Assembly (NCBI GenBank): GCA_963770895.1
Contig: CAVYRF010000002.1
Span: forward strand, 4,768,001-4,832,000
Reading direction: 5' to 3'
Length of the DNA stretch: 64,000 nt
Origin: an uncultured Acidobacteriota bacterium
GTDB lineage: Bacteria > Acidobacteriota > Thermoanaerobaculia > Multivoradales > UBA5704
Shown here piece by piece: positions 1 through 9,744 of this stretch. The notes beneath the pieces are model-generated. The model was not told the DNA's origin and did not search any database. It saw nothing but the letters and a program-made list of their open reading frames with translations. Each line of letters starts with the position of its first letter. The stretch's first letter is position 1. The position numbers were made by a program, and so were the translations under genes.

Positions 1-2
1 CG

Positions 3-809
3 GCGGCCGCCGACCAGGGCGGCGCACGCCTGTCGCGCGTCATCCAGGGGATCAGCGCCTCGGGCAAGGACATCGGCAAGATCCTGCGCATCATCGAGGA
101 GATCGCCGACCAGACCAACCTGCTGGCGCTCAACGCCGCCATCGAAGCGGCGCGCGCCGGCGACGCCGGGCGCGGTTTCGCGGTGGTCGCCGAAGAGGTC
201 AAGCGGCTGGCGGAGCGTTCGATGCTGTCGACGCGCGAAATCTCGACGGTGGTCGACTCGGTGCAGCGGGACACCGACGAAGCGGTGCAGCTGTCGCAGA
301 ACGTGCTGCACCAGATCGTGGAAGCGGTGGGCCGCACCACCACGGTGGTCAGCGAGGTGCACACCGCCACCCGCGAGCAGACCAGCGGCGCGGCGCAGAT
401 CCTGTCCACCGTCAGCTCGATGCAGACCACCATGCAGCAGCTGGCTACCGCGGCGCGCGAGCAGGCGCAGGGGGCGCGCCAGATCCTCTCCGCGGTGGGC
501 GGCATGAACCGCATGACGCTGCAGGTGGCCGACGCCACCGGCGAGCAGATGCGCGCCGGCGACCAGGTGGTCAAGGCGGTCGACCAGATCGCGCAGGTGG
601 CGCAGCAGCATCGCTCCGCCACCGAGCAGCTGTCGCGCGCCACGCAGAGCCTGGCTTCCGAGGCCGAGCGCATGCGCCGCCTGACGGAAGTGTTCCAGTT
701 GAGCGGCGCGGCACCGCCGGCGCCGGCCCCGGCGGTGCGGCACGACCGCCACGACCGCGCCGGCGACCGGCCGGTGCGCTACGAGCGCGAGAGATCGGCG
801 CGGGCATGA
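3..809 (+). CDS. Methyl-accepting chemotaxis protein, C-terminal part (5' end outside window)
   Basis: Frame open from the window start; reads [43 protein letters not shown], the MCP signalling hairpin. Confidence 0.95.
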   Translation, partial: AAADQGGARLSRVIQGISASGKDIGKILRIIEEIADQTNLLALNAAIEAARAGDAGRGFAVVAEEVKRLAERSMLSTREISTVVDSVQRDTDEAVQLSQNVLHQIVEAVGRTTTVVSEVHTATREQTSGAAQILSTVSSMQTTMQQLATAAREQAQGARQILSAVGGMNRMTLQVADATGEQMRAGDQVVKAVDQIAQVAQQHRSATEQLSRATQSLASEAERMRRLTEVFQLSGAAPPAPAPAVRHDRHDRAGDRPVRYERERSARA

Positions 810-2905
810 CGACCTTCTCACGCGGCGACGCCCAGGATCTCGGCCTGCCGAGCTGGGAAGAGTGCATGGAGCTGCTCGACCGCCTGCCGGCGCTGCCGGT
901 CGCGGCGCGCGCCGAAGCGCTGCAGCGCCTGTTGCGCAACGCCAGCCCCGGCATCCGCGAGCGGGCGCTGCGGCTGGGCGCCGCCATCCTGGCGGACGAC
1001 GCGCTGGTCGAGCTGCTGCGCGACGACGCCGACGCGGTGATGCGCAACGCCGGGCTGGAGATCCTCAAGATGCGCGGCGGCCGCAGCTATGCGGTCGCCA
1101 TCCGGCTGCTGCGCGACGCCGATTCCGATGTGGTGTTGCAGGCGGTGCTCATCCTGGACCACCTGCGCGATCCGCGGGCGCTGGCGCCGCTGCGCGCCGC
1201 GCTGGTCAACTCCGACCCCAACGTGGTGCAGGGGGTGATCCTGGCGATCGGCCGGCTGGGCAATGCCGGCTCGGTGCCCGACCTGCTGCCGTTTCTGGCC
1301 GCCGACCCGTGGTTGCAGATGGCGGCGGTGCAGGCGCTGGGGGACCTGCGCTCGGTGCGCGCCGTGCGGCCGCTCGCCAACCTGCTGACCGACCTGATCG
1401 TCGGCCCGATGGCGGCAGAAGCGGTGGCGCGCATCGGCGGGTCGCTGGCGCTGCGCACCCTGGCGGCGCACTGGCTGAGCTACGGCGAGCAGCTCGACGC
1501 CGCCTCCATGCTGGGGCTGCTGGCGCACGTCCTGGAAGGGTTGCGGCGGCCGCCGGCGGAGATGCCCGAAATGCTGCTGCCGTCGCTCGCCGCGCGGCTC
1601 GAAGACCCGGCGCACGAAGTGCGGGCGGCGGCGGCGCGCGCCCTGCTGGCACTGGGTCCGTCGGCCTGGGACGGCGACGCCGTAGGGGTGCTGGCGGCGC
1701 AGGCCGCGGAGGCGGCGGTGCCGCTCGGGGATGGCGCGCCGACGGCCGGCAGCGGCCGGGGCGATCGGCGATTTGCCGCGGCGGCCGCCGGCGGTGGGGC
1801 GTCCGAGGGGCGGGCCGGCGACACGGCGGGTGCGGCAGGCGGCGCGGGCACCGCGGCGGACGCGGCGCGCGCGCTGGCGGCGGGGGCCATCGCGTTTCCG
1901 CCGGCGCTCGAACGGCGCGGCGACCTGGCCGCGGCGCTGCTGGCGCAGCCCGGCTTTCCGCGGGCGTGGGGAGTGCTGTTGTGCGCGCGCCTGGGCGCGG
2001 CGGTGCCGGTGGCGGAGTTTCTGGCGGCGGCGGCCGACGCGGCGGCCACGCCCGAGCTGCTGCCGTCGTGCGTCAAGGTGCTGAGCCGGCTGCGCCATGC
2101 GCAGGCCGGCGCGGCGATCCTGGACGTCTACCTGGCGGTGCCGGCGGATGCCCGCGCCACCCTTGCGTCGCTTTTGGTGCGCCGGCGCGACGAGGTGCGC
2201 GCGGCGCTCGGCGCGCGCCCGGCGGGCGAGGACCTGGACCCGGTCGATCGGCTGGTCGTCCTGGCGCGCCTGGGCGAGCCGGCGGCGGCGGTGGTCGCGG
2301 CGATCCTCGACCTGGCCCCGGCGCAGCGGGTGGCGGCGGTGCTGCAGCTGGCCGGCCTGCGCGCCGTGGTGCGCGCGCTGCCGTGGCAGCAGTGGCTGCG
2401 CGAGGACCCCGCGGTGTATGCCGAGGCGGCGGCGGAGGCCGCCAGCCAGGCGCAGCTGCGCGAGCTGCTGCCGGCCCTGCGCGAGCTGCCGGCGGCGGTG
2501 GCGACGCCGACCCTGCTGCGCGCGTTTGGCGAGCTGGCCGACCGCGCCAGCGTGCCGGTGCTGCTGGAGCTTGCCGCCAGCCGCCCGGCGCTGCGCGCGC
2601 TGGCGCTCGAGAGCCTGGGGCGGATCGGCGGCCCGGAGGCGCGCGCGGCGCTGTCGGCGGCGGCCCGCGCCGGGCGTGGCGGCGAGGCGCGCGCCGCCTA
2701 TCGCGCCCTCACCCTGTGCGCGGCCGAAGAGGACGAAGGGCTGTTCCGCGCCACGGTCACCCATCCCGATTGGTACGTGCGGCTGCTCTGCGTCGAAGTG
2801 CTGGGACGCTTCGGGCGCCCCGAGAACCTGAACGCCTTGGCGCGCCTGGCGGGCGATCCGGTGCCCGCCGTGGCCAGCCGCGCTCTCGCCCTGCTCGAAG
2901 GTTGA
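806..2905 (+). CDS. HEAT-repeat protein of the chemosensory operon
   Basis: Repeated helical motifs ([42 protein letters not shown]); ATGA overlap with the MCP gene. Confidence 0.85.
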   Translation: MTTFSRGDAQDLGLPSWEECMELLDRLPALPVAARAEALQRLLRNASPGIRERALRLGAAILADDALVELLRDDADAVMRNAGLEILKMRGGRSYAVAIRLLRDADSDVVLQAVLILDHLRDPRALAPLRAALVNSDPNVVQGVILAIGRLGNAGSVPDLLPFLAADPWLQMAAVQALGDLRSVRAVRPLANLLTDLIVGPMAAEAVARIGGSLALRTLAAHWLSYGEQLDAASMLGLLAHVLEGLRRPPAEMPEMLLPSLAARLEDPAHEVRAAAARALLALGPSAWDGDAVGVLAAQAAEAAVPLGDGAPTAGSGRGDRRFAAAAAGGGASEGRAGDTAGAAGGAGTAADAARALAAGAIAFPPALERRGDLAAALLAQPGFPRAWGVLLCARLGAAVPVAEFLAAAADAAATPELLPSCVKVLSRLRHAQAGAAILDVYLAVPADARATLASLLVRRRDEVRAALGARPAGEDLDPVDRLVVLARLGEPAAAVVAAILDLAPAQRVAAVLQLAGLRAVVRALPWQQWLREDPAVYAEAAAEAASQAQLRELLPALRELPAAVATPTLLRAFGELADRASVPVLLELAASRPALRALALESLGRIGGPEARAALSAAARAGRGGEARAAYRALTLCAAEEDEGLFRATVTHPDWYVRLLCVEVLGRFGRPENLNALARLAGDPVPAVASRALALLEG

Positions 2906-2943
2906 AGCGGGCGGGCGGCGGCGGAGCGGCGGAGGCGTAGGCG

Positions 2944-3858
2944 ATGCGGGTGCTCGGATCATCCATGCGCGCGGTGCCGGAGGCGATGACGCAGGAAGAG
3001 TACCTGCTGCTCAACGAGCTGATCTCCGGCGACATCGGGGTCGCGTTCCCCGAACACAAGCGCGACGTGCTGGAGGCGCGCCTGCGCCCGCATTTGCAGG
3101 CGCTGCGGCTGCGGCGCTACCTGGATTACTACTACCTGCTGCAGGGCGGCGACGAAGCCGAGCGGCGCCTCCTGGCGCAGCTGGTGACCAACAATGAAAC
3201 CTATTTTTTCCGCGAGACGCAGCAGTTCGACGTGCTGTTCGAGCACGCCTTTGACGATCTGAAGGCGGGCGCCGCCGTGCCCGGCGGCCTGCGCCTGCTG
3301 TCGGCGGGCTGCTCGTCGGGCGAAGAGGTGTACACGCTCAGCATCATCGCCCGGCAGAACTTCGTGCGCCTGGCCGGCACCTCGCTGACGATCGACGCCT
3401 TCGACGTGGATCTCACCCGCGTCGAGACGGCGCGCCGCGGCGAATACGCCGGCGCCTCGTTTCGCGCCACCAGCCGCGAGCAGCTGGAGCGCTACTTCGT
3501 GCCGGTCGGCGGCAACGGGGCGGCGGCCGCCGCCCCGGAGGTCATCGGGCTGCCGGGGGCCATCGGGCGCTATGCGGTCAAGACGTTTTTCCACGGCGGC
3601 CTGCGGTTCAACCACGGCAACATCCTGGAGCTGGACAGCTTCGCCGCTCCCGTCGCCTACGACGCGGTGTTCTGCCGCAACGTCTTCATCTACTTTTCCG
3701 AGCCGGCGCTGCACCGGGCGGTGGCCAACTTCGCCGCCGTGCTGCGGCGCGGCGGCCTGCTGTTCCTCGGCCACTCCGAATCGATCATCGGCCTGTCCGA
3801 CCGCTTCGAAACCGTCCGCCTGCGCAACCTGATCGCCTATCGCAAGGTGCGGGATTGA
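2944..3858 (+). CDS. cheR: Chemotaxis protein-glutamate O-methyltransferase
   Basis: TNNETYFFRE, SAGCSSGEE, FCRNVFIYF, LFLGHSESI motifs; true start may be a downstream ATG (2965 or 2986). Confidence 0.95.
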   Translation: MRVLGSSMRAVPEAMTQEEYLLLNELISGDIGVAFPEHKRDVLEARLRPHLQALRLRRYLDYYYLLQGGDEAERRLLAQLVTNNETYFFRETQQFDVLFEHAFDDLKAGAAVPGGLRLLSAGCSSGEEVYTLSIIARQNFVRLAGTSLTIDAFDVDLTRVETARRGEYAGASFRATSREQLERYFVPVGGNGAAAAAPEVIGLPGAIGRYAVKTFFHGGLRFNHGNILELDSFAAPVAYDAVFCRNVFIYFSEPALHRAVANFAAVLRRGGLLFLGHSESIIGLSDRFETVRLRNLIAYRKVRD

Positions 3859-4988
3859 GTCCCATCCGCGTGGCGGTCGCCGACGATTCGGCGTTCATCC
3901 GCCAGGCGGTCGCCCGCATGCTGCAAGGGGAGAGCGGCATCGCGCTGGCGGGCCAGGCGGGCTCCGGCGAAGAGCTGCTCGACCACCTGGACAGCTGGCG
4001 CCCCGACGTCATCATCCTGGATCTGTCCATGCCCGGCCTGGGCGGCCTGGCGACGCTCGACGCCATCATGGTGCGGCGCCCGACGCCGGTCCTCATCCTG
4101 TCCACCCATTCGCGGCAGGACGCGCCGCAGACCATCGAAGCGCTGCACCGCGGCGCGCTCGACTTCATCGACAAGCAGCAGTACTCGCTGGTCGATTTCG
4201 AGCGCCTGCGTGCGGTGCTGCTCGAAAAGATCCGCCACCTGACGCGCCGTTCCACGGTCGACCCGCCGGCCGGCGCGGCCATCGGTGCGGGAGCGGCCGC
4301 GGGTGCGGCGGCAGCGGTCGCGGACGGGGGTGGCGGCGGTGCCGGCGCCGAGCGCCGGGGCGGCAGCACCGGTGGGAGGGGGGATGCGGGCGGCAGTGCG
4401 GAACCCGAGGTCGTGCTGATCGGGGCGTCGACCGGCGGGCCGCCGGCCATCGAGGCGATCCTGCGCCAGCTGGGCGACAGCCTGCCGCTGCCGGTGGTCG
4501 TCGTGCAGCACATGCCGGCGGGGTTCACGCGCTCGTTCGCGGAGCGGCTCAATGCCGGCCTGCCCCTGCCGGTGCGCGAAGCGACCCACGAAGAGCCGCT
4601 GGTGTCCGGCACCGTCTACGTGGCGCCCGGCGGGGTCCACCTGCGGCTGCTGCGGGCGCGCGGCGGCCTGCGCGTCTCGCTGTCGTCGGCGCCCGAGGGG
4701 AGCACCCACCGGCCGTCCATCGACCACCTGTTCGCGTCCGCGGCGGCGGTGACCGGGGGCCGGGTCCTGGCCGTGGTGCTGACCGGCATGGGGCACGACG
4801 GTGCAGCGGGGGTGGCGGCGCTGGCGCACGCGGGCGCCTACGTCATCGCCCAGGACGAGGCGACCGCCGCGGTGCACGGCATGCCGCGGGCGGCCATCGC
4901 CACCGGCGGCGTGCGCGAAGTGCTGCCGCTCGCCCTGATCGGGCGGCGCCTGCTGGAGCTGCTGAGCGAATCGGACGACGACGCCTAG
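3855..4988 (+). CDS. cheB: Chemotaxis response regulator protein-glutamate methylesterase
   Basis: N-terminal receiver domain (VADDS, ILDLSMP) plus catalytic motifs GASTGGP, VQHMP, LTGMGHDG; TTG start overlaps the cheR stop. Confidence 0.95.
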   Translation: MSPIRVAVADDSAFIRQAVARMLQGESGIALAGQAGSGEELLDHLDSWRPDVIILDLSMPGLGGLATLDAIMVRRPTPVLILSTHSRQDAPQTIEALHRGALDFIDKQQYSLVDFERLRAVLLEKIRHLTRRSTVDPPAGAAIGAGAAAGAAAAVADGGGGGAGAERRGGSTGGRGDAGGSAEPEVVLIGASTGGPPAIEAILRQLGDSLPLPVVVVQHMPAGFTRSFAERLNAGLPLPVREATHEEPLVSGTVYVAPGGVHLRLLRARGGLRVSLSSAPEGSTHRPSIDHLFASAAAVTGGRVLAVVLTGMGHDGAAGVAALAHAGAYVIAQDEATAAVHGMPRAAIATGGVREVLPLALIGRRLLELLSESDDDA

Positions 4989-5395
4989 CGAACGATGGCC
5001 ACGTCGTCGTGCGGGGTGCGCGGGGCGCTGGGGGTCAGCACGCGGCGGGCCAGCTCCAGGATCGCTTCGTTGCGGAACGGCTTGCGGACGTAAGCGGCGG
5101 CGCCGGCCTGCAGGCCGCGGATGGTGTCGGCTTCCTTGCCTTCGGTGCTGATGATGATCACCGGGATCTGCGCCAGCGCCGCGTCCTTTTTGAGCTGGGC
5201 CAGCAGCTCAAGGCCGTTCATCGCCGGCATGTTGATGTCGAGGAACATGAGGTCGACGTCGGGGTGCTCGGCCAGCCGCGCCAGCGCTTCGCGGCCGTCC
5301 ATGGCATGCACCAGCGACGCCTTGGGGAAGATCACGGCGAAGAGCTTGTGGATCAGCTGCGAATCGTCGATGACGAGGATTTTCTGCGGCTGCAT
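4985..5395 (-). CDS. Single-domain response regulator (CheY-like)
   Basis: ILVIDDS, MFLDINMPAMNG, IIST, YVRKPF; convergent with cheB. Confidence 0.9.
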   Translation of the reverse strand: MQPQKILVIDDSQLIHKLFAVIFPKASLVHAMDGREALARLAEHPDVDLMFLDINMPAMNGLELLAQLKKDAALAQIPVIIISTEGKEADTIRGLQAGAAAYVRKPFRNEAILELARRVLTPSAPRTPHDDVAIVR

Positions 5396-5857
5396 GGTTC
5401 CTCTCGATCCTCTCCGGTATCTCGGGTGTCTCCGGGCTCCGGGGTCTCCGGGTTCCGGGACGCGGGTCGGCGGACCGACCCCTGTTGCTTACAGTGCGTC
5501 TGCAGGCCCCAGACGCGAAATCCAATTTGGGCAGCCCCAGCGTTGAAGTTTGAGCAGCCCTCGCGTTGATGAGCGAAAGATACCAGAACACAACCGACTC
5601 GTCTATCCCCGTGGGACGTTTGGGGTCATTTTAATCCCATTTCGCAAAAATTAGGGATGCCCGGTATCGTATCTGGCGTCAGTGGCCAGCCTGCCGCCGG
5701 GGGCTGGTGTCGCAGGCCGGGCGCTGATGGCGGCGGGCTGGCGTGGGGCGCCGGGGAATGTGGCGGCGGGCTGGCGTGGCCCGCCGGGGTGCGGCCCCCG
5801 CCCCCCTGGCTGCCTGGCCCCCTGGGCGCGGTCTTTGCTCTATGGGAGGATCCACCC

Positions 5858-8542
5858 ATGCGAGCGATGCGCTCTTGTACCCTGGCCGCCCTGGCTGTCT
5901 GCTGCCTGGTGGGGACGCCACCGTCGCTTCACGCGGACAGCGAGAAGGCGATGGTGGCCCGCCTGCAGCCGCAATACCGTGACTGGTGGCTGGAAGTGTC
6001 GCTGCTGATCGGCCGCGACGAGCGCAAGGAGTTCCTGGGGCTGACCAAGGACTACGAGCGCGACCTGTTCATCCGTCGCTTCTGGGAGGCGCGCAACCCG
6101 GATCCGGGCATTGCGCCCAACGCCTTCAAGATCGAGTGGGAGCGCCGCATCGAGGCCGCCCGCGACTACTTCGGCAACATCACCGAGGACCGCGCGGTGA
6201 CTCTGCTGTTGCATTCGGCGCCGCCGGACCGCATCCAGACCGATTGCCTGCAGGCCACCTGGCCGCTCGAGATCTGGCACTACCGGTTTGGCGAGCGGAT
6301 TCCCGACGACCTGTACCTGCTGTTCTACCAGACCGCCGGATCCGGTCCGTTCCGCCTCTGGCGACAGGGGGACGGCCTGGCGACGCTGATCGCCAGGCTC
6401 AGCAACCAGCGGTCGCCACAGCTGCCGTCGCAGGGTGGAGTCGGGCAGGGGTCGCGGCCGCCCGACATCAATTTCAGCGGCTTGGGTGCGATGTCCAACG
6501 ACCTGTCGACGTTCTGGACCTTCCTGCAAGCCAACTGCCCCGACGAAGCGCCGATGCTGATGAACGCGGTCACCACGGTGGAGCGGGAAGACAGCTTTCA
6601 CATCCTCGACAAGCTCCTGGTGCCGCCGCCGCCGCACGACGCGGAGTGGCTGGCCACGTTCCGCGGCTACTCGACCAACGTGCCGCCCGGATCGCTGGCG
6701 CTGCCGGCGACCCTCAAGGTGACCTTCCCCGCGCGGCAAAAGAGCCGCGCCGTGGTTTCGGGCACGGTGGCGGTGCCGCCGGGGGCGGCCCAGGCCGTCG
6801 AGCTGGAAGGGCATCGCGCCTACAACTTCCTGCTCACCGGCGAGGTGGTGCAGGGGACCGAGCTGGTCGAATCGTTCCGCTACCGCTTCGACATGCCGGC
6901 GCCGAGCGGCGCGCAGGATACGCCGCTGCCGCTGGTTTTCGAGCGCACGCTGGCGCCCGGCGACTACGTGCTGCTGCTGCGCGTCGAAGACCTGCATTCG
7001 CATCACAACTTTCACGCCCAGGAGCCGATCACCGTGCCGCCGCTGGACGGCCTGCCCGACGTGGCCACCGCGGCGCGGCCGCCCGAGGTCACCGCGGTCC
7101 TGGATGCCGCGCGCGCCGAGCTGAAGGCCGGCGACGCCGGCGCGGCACCGCCGGCCGCACCGGGTGCCGCCGGCGCGCCGGCCACGGCGGCGGGTGGTGG
7201 CGCCGGCGCCGCGATCCGGCTGGTGCCTCCCGAGGGCGAGCGCATCACCGGCGCCGTGCGGCTGGAGGCGCAGGCCAGCGGCGACGCGGTGCGCAAGGTG
7301 ACGTTCTACCTCGACGGCAAGGCGATGCTCAGCCGCGTGCGGCCGCCCTATTCCGTCGAGCTGAACCTGGGCGACGTGCCGCTCACCCACGAGGTGCGCG
7401 CCGTCGCCTATGCGCGCGACGGCGCCGAGCTGTCGGCCGACACCGTGATGCTGAACGTACCGCGCCAGCGCTTTGCCGTGCACCTGGTCGAGCCGCGCGC
7501 CGGCGGCACCTACAAGGGCCAGGTGCTGGCGCGCGCCGAAGTGCATCTGCCCGATGGCGGCAAGCTCGACCGGCTGGAAGTGTTCGTGGACGACCAGCGC
7601 GTCGCGACCCTCTACCAGCCCCCCTTTGCCCAGCAGGTGACGCTCAAGGCGGACAACGCCAGCTACGTGCGCGCCGTCGGCTACCTGACCGACGGCACCT
7701 CGGCCGAGGATCTGGCGGTGATCAACTCGCGCAACGCGGTGGAATCCCTGGACGTGCGCCTGGTGGAGCTGTACGCCGCGGTGGTGGACCGCGCCGGGCA
7801 TCCGGTCGATCGGCTGCAGCAGAGCGACTTCAAGGTCACCGACGGCGGTGAGGCGCAGACCCTGCTGCGCTGCGAGCGGGTGCGGGACCTGCCGCTGCAC
7901 GTGCTGTTCGCGCTGGACACCTCGGCTTCGATGACGGCGATCCTGCCGCAGGTGCAAAGGGCGGCGCTCGCCTTTTTGCAGCGCACCTTGACGCCCAAGG
8001 ATCGTGCCGCGCTGCTCACCTTCAGCGACAGCCCGATCCTGCGCGTGCCCTTCACCGCCAACGTCGATACCCTGGCGGGCGCGCTCGCCGGCCTGAGCGC
8101 CGAGCGCGGCACGGCGCTGTTCGACAGCCTGGTGTACGGCCTTTCCTACATGAAGGGCGCCCAACACACCCAGTCGGCCCTCGTCCTGTTCACCGACGGC
8201 GACGACCACCTGAGCCATCTGCGCTTCGAGGAGACGTTGGAGTATGCGCGGCGCAGCGGCATCGCGCTCTACACCATCGGGGCCGGCGTCTCCCGCCTCG
8301 ACCTGCAGTCGCGCGCCCACCTGAGCCGCCTCGCCGAAGAGACCGGCGGCCGCAGCTACTTCATCGACTCGGCGGCCCAGCTCGACAGCGTCTACGACGC
8401 CATCGGCACCGAGCTGCGCTCGCGCTACCTGCTGGCCTACCAGCCCAACAAGCCGCCGCACATCGGCGAGTTCCGCAGCGTCGACGTCCAGGTCCTGGGC
8501 GACGGCCTGCGCGTCAAGACCCAGCGCGGCTACTATCCCTAA
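5858..8542 (+). CDS. Secreted GWxTD-like / Ig-like / VWA domain protein
   Basis: GGAGG before ATG 5858; signal peptide; FIRRFWEARNPDP...NAFKIEWERRIEAA (GWxTD-type region); two Ig-like segments; VWA MIDAS DTSASM...GTAL...TDGDD; C-terminal KTQRGYYP. Confidence 0.85.
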   Translation: MRAMRSCTLAALAVCCLVGTPPSLHADSEKAMVARLQPQYRDWWLEVSLLIGRDERKEFLGLTKDYERDLFIRRFWEARNPDPGIAPNAFKIEWERRIEAARDYFGNITEDRAVTLLLHSAPPDRIQTDCLQATWPLEIWHYRFGERIPDDLYLLFYQTAGSGPFRLWRQGDGLATLIARLSNQRSPQLPSQGGVGQGSRPPDINFSGLGAMSNDLSTFWTFLQANCPDEAPMLMNAVTTVEREDSFHILDKLLVPPPPHDAEWLATFRGYSTNVPPGSLALPATLKVTFPARQKSRAVVSGTVAVPPGAAQAVELEGHRAYNFLLTGEVVQGTELVESFRYRFDMPAPSGAQDTPLPLVFERTLAPGDYVLLLRVEDLHSHHNFHAQEPITVPPLDGLPDVATAARPPEVTAVLDAARAELKAGDAGAAPPAAPGAAGAPATAAGGGAGAAIRLVPPEGERITGAVRLEAQASGDAVRKVTFYLDGKAMLSRVRPPYSVELNLGDVPLTHEVRAVAYARDGAELSADTVMLNVPRQRFAVHLVEPRAGGTYKGQVLARAEVHLPDGGKLDRLEVFVDDQRVATLYQPPFAQQVTLKADNASYVRAVGYLTDGTSAEDLAVINSRNAVESLDVRLVELYAAVVDRAGHPVDRLQQSDFKVTDGGEAQTLLRCERVRDLPLHVLFALDTSASMTAILPQVQRAALAFLQRTLTPKDRAALLTFSDSPILRVPFTANVDTLAGALAGLSAERGTALFDSLVYGLSYMKGAQHTQSALVLFTDGDDHLSHLRFEETLEYARRSGIALYTIGAGVSRLDLQSRAHLSRLAEETGGRSYFIDSAAQLDSVYDAIGTELRSRYLLAYQPNKPPHIGEFRSVDVQVLGDGLRVKTQRGYYP

Positions 8543-8593
8543 CCCGCGGCGGTTGGCGCGCGGGGGTTGAGGCGTGGAACCTGGGACGGCCTT

Positions 8594-8628
8594 GAGGGGC
8601 AACCGGGCCTTGGACCGGGCTGCCCCTC
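8594..8628. terminator. GC-rich hairpin between the convergent VWA gene and RiPP precursor gene
   Basis: GAGGGGCA (8594-8601) pairs with TGCCCCTC (8621-8628); no clear U-tract. Confidence 0.35.
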
Positions 8629-8668
8629 CTCGATTCCTTCCGGCCGACGCTCGGCAGCGCGCTGTTGC

Positions 8669-8824
8669 CTAAGGGCAAATCGTCGAAGTGCACGTCGGGC
8701 AGGTCGTCTGAGCATAGCTGGTCAGGCAGACGCCTCCATTGAGCTTCTTGAGCAGGGCGGGATTCAAGTGGTGCAGGGTTTCCCGCGAGAGCTTCAGGGT
8801 TTTCCTCGGTCCGCTCTTTTTCAT
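8669..8824 (-). CDS. RiPP (lanthipeptide-like) precursor peptide, 51 aa, double-glycine leader
   Basis: Manual translation MKKSGPRKTLKLSRETLHHLNPALLKKLNGG-VCLTSYAQTTCPTCTSTICP*; AAGGAGG RBS at 8838-8832; absent from the ORF track because it is under 60 aa. Confidence 0.85.
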   Translation of the reverse strand: MKKSGPRKTLKLSRETLHHLNPALLKKLNGGVCLTSYAQTTCPTCTSTICP

Positions 8825-8849
8825 TTCAGTTCCTCCTTAATTCGAAAAC

Positions 8850-8877
8850 ACTATGGTATTCAAGGAAGCTGTGTCAA
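8850..8877 (-). promoter_or_regulatory. Sigma70-type promoter of the RiPP precursor
   Basis: TTGACA-16 nt-CATAGT on the minus strand just upstream of the RBS. Confidence 0.6.
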
Positions 8878-9055
8878 CAGAGGAGCCGCTACAGAAGGTC
8901 GGGCGGGACGGGCACGGGGCGGCAGCGGCAACACACGAATGCACCAGTACTGGGCTCCAGACGCATTTGCGTTTGCTGCCGTATACACTGCAGACTGCAA
9001 ATGACACCGGTCGCGCCCCGGCCAGAGGGCGCGGGACCGGTCGACAGGGGGAGCT

Positions 9056-9664
9056 ATGAGCCAGCGGCGGCAGATGCGACGTGGATCCATGGGTGTGCAG
9101 TCGTTTGCCGGCGCGGTGATGCTGGCGTTGCTCGCGGCGGGGGCGGCGCGGGCGCAGCCGCAGACCAACAGCAGCTGGACCGTGCGCGGCTATCTGTCGG
9201 GCGTCGCCGCGACGGAGAACGACCTGAGCGGCCAGCTGGGCTTCGGGCTGGATCTTGAGTACCGGCCGCTGCCGCTGCTGGGCGTCGACCTGAGCTTCGC
9301 CGAGCTGCGGACGATCCAGACCACCACCGACTTCCCGGTGCCGCCGACGCTCCCTTCCACGGTGCGCTTCAACATCCGCATGATGCCGGTCATGGTCGGT
9401 GTGTACGTGCACCCGAACCTGGGAGTGCCGTTCGACTGGTACCTGGGGCCGACGGTCGGCGCCACCTTCTTTGGCGGCGATGACAACGGCGAGTTTACCA
9501 ATCCCAGCCACGCCATGGCGTTGGGCGCGGTGCTCGGCTTCGACGTGCCCCTGGCCGCCGGCTGGGGAGTCGGTGCCAATGCCCGCTACGCCCATATCAC
9601 CGGCAGCTTCACCATCCCTGTCGATTGGTTTCAATTGAGCGGCGGCGTTTCGTACACCTGGTGA
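9056..9664 (+). CDS. OmpW-like outer-membrane beta-barrel protein
   Basis: Signal peptide, alternating beta-strand pattern (GFGLDLEYR, WYLGPTVG, WGVGANARY), C-terminal aromatic GGVSYTW. Confidence 0.75.
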   Translation: MSQRRQMRRGSMGVQSFAGAVMLALLAAGAARAQPQTNSSWTVRGYLSGVAATENDLSGQLGFGLDLEYRPLPLLGVDLSFAELRTIQTTTDFPVPPTLPSTVRFNIRMMPVMVGVYVHPNLGVPFDWYLGPTVGATFFGGDDNGEFTNPSHAMALGAVLGFDVPLAAGWGVGANARYAHITGSFTIPVDWFQLSGGVSYTW

Positions 9665-9744
9665 GCCCGCGGGTAGCCGGCGGGTTGCAGGCCAGGCGCG
9701 GCGATCCTCGCGATCCTCGCCGGCAGCCGTGGTGACCGCCAGCC

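Noticed and set aside
5728-5779. 19-bp direct repeat TGGCGGCGGGCTGGCGTGG (two copies)
   Set aside because: Only two low-complexity GC-rich copies; not CRISPR-like (no array, no cas genes)
5396-5857. Possible c-di-GMP or other riboswitch in the AT-richer intergenic region
   Set aside because: I could not find the GEMM-I core (GGCAAA...GAAA...GACGCAAA) or another known riboswitch pattern by eye; an Infernal scan would be decisive
8567-9059. Plus-strand ORFs 8567-9004 and 8853-9059
   Set aside because: No RBS or motifs; the minus-strand precursor ORF with RBS and promoter explains the region better
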